DNA of 64,000 nucleotides from assembly GCA_030390025.1 (NCBI GenBank), contig CM059431.1, positions 110,734,001 through 110,798,000 on the forward strand. Reading direction: 5' to 3'. Source of the stretch: Squalus acanthias (taxonomy: Eukaryota). Position numbers and translations under genes: made by a program. Below, one piece after another: positions 12,622 to 25,927 of the stretch. Position 1 is the first letter of the stretch. The number at the start of each line of letters is the position of its first letter. Below the pieces are notes generated by a model. That model searched no databases, had not been told where the DNA came from, and worked only from the letters and a program-made list of their open reading frames with translations.

Positions 12622-13004
12622 GATAAGAACATAAGAAATAGGAGCAGGAGTGGGCCATAAGGCTGATCTTCGACTTCAACTCTAACTTCCCGCCTGATCT
12701 CCATATCCCTTGATTCCAAAATCTATCGATCTCAGCCTTGAATATACTCAAAGACTCAGCATCCACAGCCCTCTGGGACAGAGAATTCCAAAGATTCACA
12801 ACCCTCGGAGTGAAGAAATTCCTCCTCATCTCAGTCTTAAATGGCCGACACCTTATCCTGACACTATGCCCCCTAGTTCTAGACTCTACAGCCAGAGGGA
12901 AACAACCTCTCAGCATCTACCCTGTCAATCTCCTTCAGAACCTTGTATGTTTCAATGAGATCACCTCTCATTCTTCTAAACTCCAGAGACTATAGGCCCA
13001 ATCT
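12622..13004 (-). mobile_element. CR1 LINE 3' end
   Basis: Peptide ESRTRGHSVRI...RRNFFTPRVVNLWNSL. Tail reads taagaacataagaa on the plus strand. Confidence 0.9.
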
Positions 13005-13037
13005 ACACAAGCTTCAGATGAGCAGTGTTTTCAAGAG

Positions 13038-13473
13038 GAAAGAAGAACTTGCATTTATATAGCGCCTTACACGACGTCAGGGCATCCCAAAGTGCTTTAT
13101 CGCCAATGAAGTACTTTTGAAGTGTAGGAAGCGGAAGCTCCCACAAACAGCAATGTGATAATGACCAGATATTCTGTTTTATTAGTGATGTTGATTGAGG
13201 GATAAATATTGGCCAGGACACCGGGGATAACTCCCCTGCTCTTGTTCGAAATAGTGCCGTGGGATCTCTTGCGTCCACCTGAGAGGGCAGACGGGGCCTC
13301 GGTTTAACGTCTCATCCGAAAGACGGCCCCTCCGACGGTGCAGCACTCCCTCCCTCAGTACTGCACTGGAGCATCAGCCTAGATTTATTGGGCTTGAGTC
13401 TCTGGAGTGGGACTTGAACCCACAATCTTCAGACTCAGAGGTTTGAGTGCTACCCACTGAGCCACGGCTGACA
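13038..13473 (-). mobile_element. Deu-domain tRNA-SINE, near full length
   Basis: Head, core and tail match the family, with a small internal deletion. Confidence 0.9.
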
Positions 13474-13860
13474 CATGGTAAGTTTCCAGCTCCGGATTGT
13501 TCATTGACCAACATGTTCTTGCATAGCTTTTTTTTAGGAACCGACGCTGTTCAATTTATCCCATAAAACATTGCCCCCATCTCCAGTTTTGAAATATAAT
13601 TTTGTATTGCAATGCACCCATAGATTTCTGTTGTTGGGAGCAGCTCCAGAAATCATCAAAATTAGTGTATTATCCCATCCAGGAAGTAAGGAGAGAGAAT
13701 ACAAAATCTAAACAATGCATGACATTATGAGGATTGCTACCTAGTATGAAGGCGTAATCTCTTTCCCAGTACTGTATATACTCCAATATTGGTTTTTAAA
13801 TTTAATTTCCTTTGTATTTTCTCTGCAATTTTAGTCTCACTGTTTATACGCTATTCTCTG

Positions 13861-14167
13861 GTCTTTCGGATGAGACGTTAAACCGAGGCCCCGTCTGTTC
13901 TCTATGGTGGATGGAAAAGATCCCAGGGCACCATTTCGAAGAAGCGCAGGGGAGCTCTCCCCGGTGTCCAAGTCAATAATTATCCTTCAACCGACAGGTT
14001 ATCTGGTCAAGATCACAATGCTGTTTGTGAGATCTTGCTGTGCACAAATTGGCTGTCGCGTTTCCCAACATTACAACCGTAATGACATTTAAAAACACTT
14101 AATTGACTGTAAAGCACTTTGGGACATCCTGAACTCGTGAAAGGGGCTATATAAATGCAAGTCTTTC
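13861..14167 (+). mobile_element. Deu-domain SINE, 5'-truncated
   Basis: Starts in the core (gtctttcggatgagacgttaaaccgagg) and ends ctatataaatgcaagtcttt. Confidence 0.85.
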
Positions 14168-15097
14168 AAGCCATTCAATATAGGAGATTCGCTTCCAGGC
14201 ATTTCTCTAATCAACTGCAATACAGAAGAGCAATTCTGAGGCAACTGACCCTCTGATTTTGCCTCCCAACTATCACTGAAGCACACTAAAAGCACAGTCA
14301 ATGGTATCATCAGGGCAAAAAAGGAAACTGAATTGCAGGCCATATACCTGCTGGATCCATGCAGGAAAGCTACCATTAGCCAAACTCTTAAGTGCACACT
14401 ATGGGTGAAACTGTTCCCGTAAATGGATTAAGGGTCCACTTATTTAAATGTCTTAACAAATTCTAACACAAGTACTGCTTACGTTCCCTCACGCATGGTA
14501 AGTTTTAAAGATCATCTTCACCAGGGCAGGTTTCCAGCTCCGAATTGTTCTTTGACCAAAATGTTCCTGCATAGTTTTAAACATATTTCTATGTACACAT
14601 CCTCTGCACTGTCGAGAGCTCAATACAGCCTAAAAATAGGCATGGAAACATTTTGACTGTGGTGCTCTTCTTCTCCATAATATATAAATGTTTCGGAGCT
14701 TGTGATAGGAATATACAGTTTCTATTCATAGTTCATTGACACTTCTAGATTATCTCTAGACCTTGCGTAGCGAACTGCTCCTGAGCTAGACAGTTTGTAT
14801 TTGCTGAGAGAAGATCGGCTGGGAATGGTCGTGGTGGGTGGCTGAGGATATTCGTCTGCAAAGCAAACTTTAACTCAGGATATTTTGCCTGCGCACAGGA
14901 GAGACCCTGTTATATCAGGGAATATTGATAGGGCTGTGAATGAATTTAGCTGAGCAGGCTGCTGCAATTTTTTTCTTAAACCTGCGACCTTCACTGCAAG
15001 ATACAGAGTGCGTAGACGCTAGTTCAATCAAAAAACTTGTTTCATTAACATCCATTAGTGGCAAGATTACCTCACCGTGACCGACTGTTTACCTGGA

Positions 15098-15473
15098 ATC
15101 ACAGGACCATACAGCATTCGACCCATCGTGCCTGTGCTGGCTCTTTGGAAGAGCTATCCAATTAGTCCCATTCCCCTGCAAATGTTTTCCCTTCAAGTAT
15201 TTATCCAATTCCCTTTGAAAGTTATTATTGAATCTGCTTCTCCCATCCTTTATGGGCAGTGCATTCCAGATGTTAACAACTTACTGCATAAAAAGATCTC
15301 CCCTCTGGTTCTTTTGCCAATTACCTTAAATCTGTGTCCTCTGGTTACTGACCCTCCTGCCAGTGGGAACTCTATCAAAACCCCTCATAATTTGAACACC
15401 TCTATTAAATCTCCCTGTAACCTTCTCTGCTCTAAGGAGAACAATCCCAGATTCTCCAGTCGCTCCACATAAC
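15098..15473 (-). mobile_element. CR1 LINE 3' end with deletions
   Basis: Homologous to 54087-54491 and to the reverse complement of about 61500-61915. Confidence 0.85.
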
Positions 15474-17329
15474 CTCTGGGATTATACATAATTTGTGCCG
15501 GCCAATGAATAAGTGTCGTCCATTTCAAATAAGAGCAAATCAAGTAAGATCATTTTCTGTTCCGAACAAATCTGATCCATGGAGAGGATTCCCCTGCTTT
15601 ATTTCTATGGCACTTAAGGGTCGATTTTCCGAATGCCTTGTCTGGCCAGAGCACGTATTGGGAAATTGCAGGCATGCTCCCGATGATCTCCTATCCTCAT
15701 GGATGAAAAATCATGCGGAGTCAAAAATCTACTGACAAAAATCAGTAGAGATTGGGCCTTCTCCATCCAATTCCACTCCCACCTAAGTCTGGTAGCTAAA
15801 TGCACCTCTCTCCTCTCAATGCTGCTCCCAGTACTAATGGCGGCGATTGCAGTCTCCCTATACTGTATACGGAAACTCTTGTGAGAACAGAAATTCCTGC
15901 CTCCAGTATACATTCCCACCTATTAGCGTTGGGCATGGCACTGAGAGGAGAGAGGGGTCTTGTTCCAGTGCATTAGCCACCAGACTTCGTTAAGACTGGG
16001 TGGTTGGGTGGGGCGGGGGGGGGGGGGTAATGAATGGCAGTGAAAGGGGGAATGATTAGCAAAATAAAGGGGGAATGGATGGGGATAAAAAGGGAGGCAA
16101 ATGGATGACAATGAAAGGCGGAAAATAGATGGCAATGAAAGAGGGAGGTGACATGAATCTGTCATTCATGACTTATGAAATAATACTGAGTGGCCTGCGG
16201 GTGGCGCTGTCCAGAGAGAGTATAAATACTCGGGCACGGGCCCAGCTTGCGCAGGACATTCTTAACAGGAACTAGTAAGGACACAACTAGACCTCCATGT
16301 TGCAAAACAGTTGATTAAAGCTTAGACCAAGTGCCTAGTAGTTTTCTTACGTCAGGAGGAAAGGAAGAAAAGAAAAGGAAAAGGAAAGATGAAATGAATT
16401 GCAATGAAGGGAGGGAAATGGACGGCAATAGAGGGCAGGGGAAATGATGGCAATGAAGAGGAGAAGCTGAAAGCCTAGGGGGTGGAGAAGAAAGGAGGGT
16501 GCCAGAAATAGCTGAGTGGGAGTGGGGAGGGAGAGAGCCAACTGGAACTGTGGGGGAGGACAGTATGAGCTTGTGGGTGGTGGTCGGGGGTTGGGGGAGT
16601 TGGGAGAATGCCAGGTGGAACTGGGCATGGGGAATAGGAGAGTACTATCTTAACTGAGTTGGAGGGGAAGAGTACCAGGGTAGAATAGCGCCAATAGGAG
16701 TTGGGAGGGTTGGAGGGAAAGAGAGTGTCTCTTTGAAAGGTTGGGGAGCTGAATGGGTGCTGTGTCTCTGTGAACTAGGTCTGGAGGGTGTTAATGTAGC
16801 TTTGTGAATTAGGACATTAGGAGGGGAGGAGGGGCTGGATGTGGGAGAGTGAGTGTTGAGATAACTTTTGAGGAAGTGATATTCTGGTTAGTCTGTTGAA
16901 AATCCAAATGTCGCTTTACTTTTCCATTTTTTTTAAGATTAAAAAATTCTATCAATTGTGAAATATAAAGGTGCTTGAAATTAACCAGAACATCTCATTA
17001 CTAATGTACAAATTCTAAACATTCCAGGTGAGTATGATGCTAGACCCCACCAGTTTTGCCCGCTCAACATTTGCATTTCCCCATCAGAATTTCATGTACT
17101 TATGTTTTTTTTTCCCCCCTCCGTCAATACAAGTGAAGGAATATTGTGTATACCTACACCGTAAGTAAACAAGCTCACGCAATTAGTTTTCACATCAGGG
17201 CCATTCTTGAAATATCAGCTTTTTTGAAGTATGTATCAGCATTTTTAAAGTTGTTGGTTAGCTTTTGAAGTTTTCTAGCTTGGCATTTAGGGTTTTAACG
17301 TTCTGTTTGACAGCTCTATCTTTTCAATA

Positions 17330-17550
17330 CCAATTCCCCGACTTTTCTCCACATCCCTTAATACCTTCTCTTCCCAAATACATATCCATCTCCCTTTTAA
17401 ACACCTGAATTGATTATGGCTTTCTGGGGCAGTCCATTCCACATTTTCACAACCCTTTTTCTGATGTAATTTTTTTTCCTGAATTCACTTTTAACTTGGT
17501 TAGTGGAATTCTAAGATATGATTCCCTTGTTCAGGATTCCTCTACCACCT
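17330..17550 (-). mobile_element. Old CR1 3' fragment
   Basis: Degenerate motifs ccattccacattttcacaaccct and cccttgttcaggattcc. Confidence 0.45.
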
Positions 17551-18329
17551 GGGGAAGGGAAGCGTTCTTCCCTACCTTAGTCCTGCTGATTCAGAAGGAG
17601 TTGGGACCATCTGAGGTACAACTGTAGCAAAAAATAAATCAATATTTATTTGTAAAATAGGAGCCTTAATTTAAAAAAATGTAATTATTTGGTGGCAAAA
17701 CCACAAGCTCCACTCTGCCAAGTAGAAATTTGTTTTTTTTTAAAGAAGAAAATAACGTTTAAGTAGTTCTGCTATTCCATTTTGGATGCGAATAGCTGGG
17801 CAGACAACAACAGCTGCCTACTCCACCTGAACCAGAGTGTGTTAGAGCACTGACAGACTGTCCCATCTGTCGTTACAGCTTAGCTAGGGGAACGAAGGGC
17901 AGGGTGGAGAGAGGTGGAGCCAGCTGGATTAGGGAATCAATCCTCTCCTTCCGAAAACACAAAGTTTATTCAATATCTATGGAGCAGATGATGATTCAAT
18001 GCCATGAGGAGTGAACTGGGCTGTGGGCTTAGTTTCGGATTACTTTAGCAAAAGCCAGTACAGACAAATTGGGCCAAATGACCTTCTTCTGTGTAAAATC
18101 TATGGTTATATGTTTTATAAAGTATTGATTGTACACAAAAATTGCATTAAAAGCATACAGATCCTTTAATGTCTTTTCCTAAAAAGGTGAAAATAAGCAA
18201 ATGTGTACGTTCTTTAATAATGACTGTCATCCTGGGATTGTCGTTAAACGGCTAATTACTGTAGCAGCCGCCAAATAATGCTTTCTTTGTGGTCAAATAT
18301 TTACCATACTGGAATGCATTACAATAAAA

Positions 18330-18672
18330 GAAAAAGAAAGAATGACTTGCATTTATATAGCGCCTTTCACAACCACCGGACGTCTCAAAGCGCTTTACAG
18401 CCAATGAAGTACTTTTTGAGTGTAGTCACTGTTGTAATGTGGGAAACGCGGCAGCCAATTTGCACTCAGCAAGCTCCCACAAACAGCAATGTGATAATGA
18501 CCAGATAATCTGTTTTAGTGATGTTGATTGAGGGATAAATATTGGCCAGGACACCGGGGATAACTCCCCTGCTCTTCTTCGAAATAGTGCCATGGGATCT
18601 TTTACATCCACCTGAGAGAGCAGACGGGGCCTCGGTTTAGCGTCTCATCCTGAAGATGGCACCTCTGACAGT
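18330..18672 (-). mobile_element. Deu-domain SINE, 5'-truncated
   Basis: Tail and core are nearly identical to the other young copies. Confidence 0.9.
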
Positions 18673-18865
18673 AATGCCCCTATATATGATACAGAGAATG
18701 ATGAATACCCCGAAGTGATTACAGCCATAGAATGATACAGCACAGAAGGAGGCCATTCAGCCCATTGTGCCTGTGCCATTGACAATGAGTTTGGGCAGGA
18801 GTCAGGCCTACCTTATTTAAATGAGGGCTGGCAGCTAAAATGGGTGGGCATGATGCTTGCCCCTC

Positions 18866-19475
18866 TCTTCTTCTTAGGCAGTTCCTCAGAACCGAGGATG
18901 ACTTGCTTCCACATTAAAAATGAGTTTGCAGGTGACTGATGAGTCCAATGCGGGACCTACAGTCTCTGTCACAGGTGGGGCAGATGGTGGTTGAAGGGGC
19001 GGGTGGGTGGGGTGCTTGGGTTGACGTGCGCGCCTTGCGCTGCCTGTGCTTGGCTTCCGCTTGCTCCCGGCGAAGAGACTCGAGGTGTTTGGTGCCTTCC
19101 CGGATGCTTCTCCTCCACTTTGTTCGGTCTTGGTCCAGGGATTCCCAGGTGTCGGTGGGGATGTTACACTTTTTCAAGGAGGCTTTGAGGGTGTCCTTGA
19201 AGCGTTTCCTCTGCCCACCTGGGGCTCTCTTGCCGTGCCGGAGCTCCGAGTAGAGCGCTTGTTTTGGGAGTCTCGTATCGGGCATGCGGACAATGTGACC
19301 CGTCCATCGGAGCTGATCGAGTGTGGTCAAAGCTTCGGTGCTGGGGACGTTGGCCTGAGCAAGAACACTGACGTTGGTACGCCTATCCTGCCAATGGATT
19401 TGCAGGATCTTGCGGAGGCAGCGTTGGTGGTACCTCTCCAGTGCTTTGAGGTGCCTGCTGTACATGGTCCATGTC
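18866..19475 (-). mobile_element. RTE-clade (BovB-like) LINE, 5'-truncated 3' end; open frame 18914-19465
   Basis: Peptides ERYHQRCLRKILQIHWQDR, QLRWTGHIVRMPDTRLPKQALYSEL and GGQRKRFKDTLK, a C-terminal CPTC...SRIGLISH knuckle, a short 3' UTR and a (GAA)n tail. Confidence 0.9.
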
Positions 19476-19713
19476 CTATGTTCATCTAGCCCTATGCTCG
19501 GCGCCAGTTAAAAATCAGGACTTATCTTATTCCTGTTTTCTAATCTAGGATCCATCAGAAGATTGACCATCAAAAGGTCAAATTCTGATAAGAACCATTT
19601 CAATTAAGGGTAATATTTGTGTTTCTAGACATCACTGTGATTTCACTAAACTGTCTTTGAAGAATCTCCACAATGTTGGTCAATATTCTGTACAGGAATA
19701 TGTCAGAGTGCAT

Positions 19714-20205
19714 CAACAACAAGTTGCATTTATATAGCGCCTTTAATGTAGTAAAAACGTCCCAAGGCCAAGGCGCTTCACAGGAGCGTCATCAGACAAC
19801 TATTTTGAAACCGAGCCACATAAAGAGATATTAGGACAAGCGACCAAAAGCTTGGTCAAAGAGGTTGGTTTTAAGAAGTGAATTAAAGGAGGAAAGAGAG
19901 GTAGAGAGGCGGAGAGGTTTAGGGAGGGAATTCCAGAGCTTAGGACCTCAGCAGCTGATGGCACAGCCACCAATGGCGGAGCGATTAAAATCAGGGATGC
20001 GCAAGAAGCCAGAATTGGAGGAGCGCAGAGGTCTCGGAGGTTTGCAAGGCCAGAGGAGGTTACAGAGATAGGGCGGGGTGAGGCCATGGAGGGATTTGAA
20101 CACAAGGGGGAGAATTTTAAAATTGAGGCATTGCCAGACCAGGAGCGAATGTAGGTCAGCGAGCACAGGGGTGATGGGTGAATGGGACTTTGTGCGAGTT
20201 AGGAT
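19714..20205 (-). mobile_element. L2 LINE 3' end
   Basis: Peptide LNFKILPLVFKSLHGLTPPYLCNLL...RPLRSSNSG. Tail ggcgctatataaatgcaacttgttgttg. Confidence 0.9.
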
Positions 20206-21652
20206 GACTCTAAACTTTCAGAGGTAAAATCCAGCCATTACTCAGTGGAATACAGGTTAAGAACTAGGTCAGAGTAAGTCGCAGTTCCCAACTCCCTCCA
20301 AATATGACTTATTATTTTGTATAACATAATACTGAGTGTTACTTTTGTACTCAGTAGTTGTTGCAGTGTTGTATTCTCTCATTACCAGCTTTCCAAAGGA
20401 GAACAACACTAGTTATTACTTCAGATGCATTGCACCGCTTGATACAAAGAGCAAACCCTGATGAAAAATGTTCAATCACAAGTCAGCTGTGTGTCTGAGC
20501 TGTTGTTTCACAGTGTGGTTAAAAGAAACAAGCTGCCTCCATGACCTGGGCCACTGTGGACAGGAAACGCGTCTCCTGCTTGCGTCACTGGCAAAGCAGA
20601 GCCCAGACTATATGGCCCATTGTTTTAATCAGTTCACGTGCACAATAGACGCAGAGTGATCCCACCTTTGCAGCACTTGCTTGTTGCCTCTTGCCCTCAG
20701 TGAGCAAGACAAAGAGAAAACACGTGAGATTGTGATCCCAAACCAGGAATGTTGTCACGTCTGCCGGGCAGGAAGAGGCAGTGAGACACAATCTTTTCAC
20801 TGATCTGTTACTGGAAAATTAAGTATCTGCAGCCATTATTTACATCCATAACCAAATCTCCCGTCAACTTGACAATAATGCAATGATTTTGATTTATATA
20901 CCATTGAGTTAGAATACAAAAAGTGGACCAGAGTCACATTTAAAAAAAAAACAAATTAACAATCCTGCAGCACATTGCAGGAGTAATCACTGTCCTGAAA
21001 GCAAATCCACTGACATGTGGGATGGCAATCTAAAGTGACAACGGTTCATCTATTCTGCGGTTCACTGCAGCAAGTGCACTGCGATGGAACGACACGGTGA
21101 CAAGCGTCTGCACAGGCTGCAGCCGCCACTTAAAATGTAAATACTCCTCCAGATGGGAGTCAGGCGGGCCCGGCTCAAGCCTCCAAGGCCTCTGCCATAT
21201 TCCGAAAGCGCTGCGGAGTGTGGGCAACCGAGCAACAGCAGCAATCTACCATTGTAAGCACCGTGCCTGAATGAGTGCTGGTTAATGGGGTGAGGGTCGG
21301 TGGGGGGGGGCGGCGGGGGGGGGGGGCTCCTCCTGCTGTCTGACAGTAGCATGTATATGCCAAAAAAAAACCCAGTGGTTTTATACAAACAAAACCACTG
21401 CTTATGTAAATCATGAGTGCTACGGGGATTATGAGGAACTTTAATCCTTATTTATTTTGCTGTTGAATGTTTTTATCGACATAGTGAGAGCTGATGCACT
21501 GGCCTGGACACATTATTGGGTATGAGGAACCTGAATACATAAACACAATTGAAGTATCACAACCCAAGGTTAATGTCCAATGCTTTCTTTATCAAGAGCA
21601 CCATCGGAGGTAATCCTGTAGCGTGAATAACATGCCACATATGCTTCCAATC

Positions 21653-22118
21653 AGAAAGAAAGAGCCTGAATTTATATAATGCCTTTCATGTCCTTAGGAC
21701 GCCCCAAAGCGCTTTACAGCCAATCAAGTACTTTTGAAGTGTAGTCACTGTTGTAATGGAAGCGGGCACAGTGGCCAATATGTGCACAGCAAGGTCCCAC
21801 AAACAGCAATGAGATAAATGACCAGATCATCTGTTTCAGTGATGTTGGTTCAGGGATCAATGTTGGCCGGGACATCAGAAGAGCTCCTTGTTCTTCTATT
21901 CGAATAATGCCGTGGCTTCTTTTACGTCCAAACGGCGAAGCAGGAGCGGCTTAGGTTCAACGTCTTGTCCAAAAGACGGCACCTCCAGCAGTGCAGCACC
22001 CTGTCAGCACTGCACTGAAGAGTCAGCATAGGTTGCGTGCCCAAGTCTCTGGAGTGGGGGCTTGAACCCATGACTTTCTAACTCAAGAGTAAGAGAGCTA
22101 CCACTGAGCCAAGGCTAA
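21653..22118 (-). mobile_element. Deu-domain tRNA-SINE, older full-length copy
   Basis: Collinear with the family consensus but carries many substitutions. Confidence 0.85.
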
Positions 22119-22777
22119 TATGATAATAATGATAGCAACAAAACCTATCCTGAGGCCGTAGTTTCACCCATTCTATCCAATGGAAAAGTGTTATCAACGA
22201 CAAAGATAAAAGGCAGTCGCCAGTGACGTGCGTACTGGATCTGCCACCTTGATTCTGATCACAGGCAGAGCTCCCCGCTGACCCAGACAGACCAGCAATG
22301 CACTGTTGTCATTAATGTACGGTACAAGCTCTCCCCAACATCTGGGAGGCCCATGGCCAGAATGAGAAAATCGCAAATGGGAGTTAGCAAAATTGCAAAT
22401 TATTCTGTTGCTGAACACTCTCCGCAAAATGGAACCAGTTTCGAACCAACATAAAGGGCCTAATAAACCGCCCAGTTTCCACCAGGCAGGTGGGGGGGGG
22501 GGGGGGGGGAGTTAAAATCGGGGCCTATGTGACATTTAATAAAGGTCTAGGTTTAATAAAGTGTAAAAAAATATATGTACAATAGTTACGTTTAACACCA
22601 GTGAGCAGATCTTCCTTTCCCTGTTCATGATGTTGCCATAAAAATAAAAACCAACTGGGCAAAAGTGCTTTGGGCAGGGTGCTAGTTCCTGTGGTAGTTT
22701 TAATCTGCTCTGATGAATATGGTGCCTGACAGTCAGCTACAGGGGTTTATAGGGTTTTAAAAATCCTCCAGTTCTAT

Positions 22778-24270
22778 GAACATACGAACGAACATATGAA
22801 CAATGATGGACAGGTAAAGACCCTCTGGTCAATCCAGCCTGTCCCACACAATTGTGATACCTTCTGTATCACAACATATACACTCCCCCACCCCACCCCA
22901 AACCATGTGATCTCCGGGGAGAGGCAAAAACAGTGCTAAAAAACCCAGGCCAATTTGGGGAAAAAAATCTGGGAAATTCCTCTCCGACCCATCTAGGCGA
23001 TCGAAACTAGTCCAGGAGATCACTCTGGCCCTAAATTCCCTGCAGTACCTACCTTCTGTAAGAGGTGATCTCCGCCCCAGCCAGAAACAAATCCAGCTCT
23101 CGCTCGAAGGAATTCAGCAAATCAGCATCCACCGCACGAGACGGCAGCCTGTCCCAGAGGTCCCCTATTCTCTGGGAAAAGAACCACCTCCTGACATCTA
23201 ACCTAGATCTGGCCTTGTATAACTTAAATTTGTGACCCCTGGTCCTGCCTAACCTATTTAATTGAAATAAACTGTTAGCTGGCACAAAAGCTATTCCCTT
23301 CATTATCTTATAAACCTCAATCAGATCCCCCCTAAGTCTACGCTTCTCTAAGGTGTAGAGTCCCACCTCTTTTAGCCTGTCTTGATAACTAAGATGCTTT
23401 AGACTGGGAATTGGTCCAGTGGCTCCTCCTCTGCACCCTTTCCAAAGCCTCAATAACACCCACCATGTGAGGAGACCAAAACTGAACACAGTATTCCAAG
23501 TGCGGCCTGACTAAGGTCTTGTACAAGGACAAAGCAGTCTGCCTCCTCTTGTGCTCAATTGTCCTATGGATACACCACAACACCCTATTTGCTCTCGCTA
23601 TCGCTAGATGACATTGCTCATGTACCTTTAAGGATGTATGCATCAGAATGCCCAAATCTCTTTCTATCTCCACCATCTTTAATGCCTTTCCCTGAAGGGT
23701 GTGTGAATGTTGAGCATTTGCCCTGCCCACATGCATAACACTGCACGTATCGAAGTTATACATCATTTTCCAGTCTTGAGCCCAATCTCTCAAAACATTA
23801 AGATCCGCCTGAAGCAGACGAGCATCATCTACAGTTCTAACACTCACACAGATCTTGGTATCATCGGCAAATTTGCAGATTGTGCCCCCAACACCTACAT
23901 CCAGATCATTAATAAAAATAGTAAAGAGCAACAGTCCCAACACTGATCCCTGCGGGACACCACTGGTGACCGGTCTCCAAACAGATCCAAATCCATCTAT
24001 AATTACTTTTTGCCTACGTCCTGCCAGCCAGTTCTCAATCGCGCTCAATATATTACCACTAATACCAGAGGCTTCGATCTTATAGAGAAGACTCTTAGGC
24101 GGTACCTTATCAAAAGCTTTTTGGAAATCTAAGTAGACAATATCTACTGGACTTCCCTCATCCACCTACTTTGTAACTTCTTCAAAAAATACAATTGGAT
24201 TTGTAAGACATGACCTCCTTTTTATGAAGCCATGTTGGGTGTCCCTAATATATCCCTCTCCATCCAAGTA
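22778..24270 (-). mobile_element. CR1 LINE, 5'-truncated; reverse transcriptase pseudogene plus 3' UTR
   Basis: RT motifs YLDFQKAFDKV, GVPQGSVLG, KFADDTK and RPHLEYCVQFWSP. Frameshift between ORFs 23389-24165 and 23049-23489. Microsatellite tail at about 22778-22802. Confidence 0.95.
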
Positions 24271-24369
24271 TTCTCTTTATTGGTACTGCCTCTCTCTCTA
24301 AACCACCCAAATAGCACCCTCCCCAAGTTTGATATACAAGTCAGCAGCAAAACATGTGGAGGATACCAT

Positions 24370-24815
24370 AAGAAAGAAAGCCTTGCATTTATACAGCGCC
24401 TTTCACGACCACCGGACGTCCCAAAGCGCTTTATGAAGTATAGTCACTGTTGTAATGTAGGAAACGCGGCAGCCAATTTGCGCACAACAAGCTCCCACAA
24501 ACAGCAGTGTGATAATGCCCAGATAATCTGTTTTAGTGATGTTGATTGAGGGATAAATATTGGCCAGGACACCGGGAATAACTCGCCTGCTCTCCTTCGA
24601 AATAGTGCCAGGGGATCTTTTACATCCACCTGAGAGAGCGGACTTGGTTTAACGTCTCATCCTGAAGACGGCACCTCCGACAGTGCAGTACTCCCTCAGC
24701 ACTGCTACTGGAGCGTCAGCCTAGATTTTTGTGCTCAAGTCTCTGGAATGGGACTTGTACCCACAATCCTTCTGACTCAGAGGCGAGGGTGCTACCCACT
24801 GAGCCACAGCTGACA
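24370..24815 (-). mobile_element. Deu-domain tRNA-SINE, full length
   Basis: Head, core and tail match the family. Confidence 0.9.
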
Positions 24816-25484
24816 AGCTGCAAAGATTTTTTTCGATAGGATAATCCCAACACAAAACATGCACGCTCCACGCAGTTAAAAAAAAAATATGAGGAGCCAC
24901 AATCTTTATATTTTCTTCCGATATTAGTTTGTTTGACTGCCTGTGCATTGTCTTGACGGTACAATTAAAGTTGCTTTGATTTCTAATGTTTTTAATATTT
25001 GGCAAGAAGTTACAGTCTGAAGTGTTTGTACATTAAATGGGAAGCTTCACTGACATCTGTTCCGCCTATGCGGGACTGGGCAACAATTCAAGTCAGTTTA
25101 AGGCACACCAAAGTGCTACTAAATAAAAAGTATTCTTTTTTCACTTCCTCTCGTTGCAACTGAGGTTTGCTCTTAGGTCTGCATCTGACTTGCAGTTATT
25201 TGTGGCTGGGGTCAAAGAGAGTGTCACATATGCTGGTGAGCCTATTACATTTGGCACCACCCAAGTGCTCTGAGGGAAGAAAAAAAAGGTTCAGACTGCA
25301 AAGCGCAGAAACGCCCAGCTAGTGGTGCCCTACTCAGAGGGCTGAGGCTGGGAGATAAAAGTGACACAAACTGAAACGCCCACAGGACAAGAGAAAGATG
25401 TGGTGAGAGGAGAATGGAGGGTTTGAAATGTTTGCTGGTGTGTCTTATGCAACATAGATTTACATATGCTCTGAACTGACCAGT

Positions 25485-25927
25485 AAGAGAAAGAAAGACT
25501 TGCATTTATATAACGCCTTTCGTGACCACAGGACATCCCAGAGTGCTTTACATCCAATGAAGTGTAGTCACTGTTGTAATGTAGGAAACGCGGCAACCAA
25601 TTTGCGCACAGCAAGCTCCCACAAACAGCAATGTGATAATCACCAGAAAATCTGTTTTTTTTAGTGATGTTGATTGAGGGATAAATATTGGCCAAGATAC
25701 CGGGGATAACTCCCCTGCTCTTCTTCAAAATAGTGCCATGGGATCTTTTACGTCAATGTGAGAGGGCAGATGGGGCCTCGGTTTAACGTCTCAGGAAGAC
25801 AGCACCTCCGACAGCACTGCACTGGAGTGTCAGCCTAGATTTTTGTGCTCAAGTCTCTGGAGTGGGAATTAAACCCACAACCTTCTGACTCAGAGGCAAG
25901 AGGGCTACCCACTGAGCCACTGGCTGA
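25485..25927 (-). mobile_element. Deu-domain tRNA-SINE, full length
   Basis: Head, core and tail match the family. Confidence 0.9.

Noticed and set aside
15614..15919. Overlapping 60-100 aa ORFs in unique sequence
   Set aside because: No recognisable domain and no convincing splice signals.
22778..24270. Active reverse transcriptase gene
   Set aside because: 5'-truncated CR1 with a frameshift and an upstream in-frame stop.
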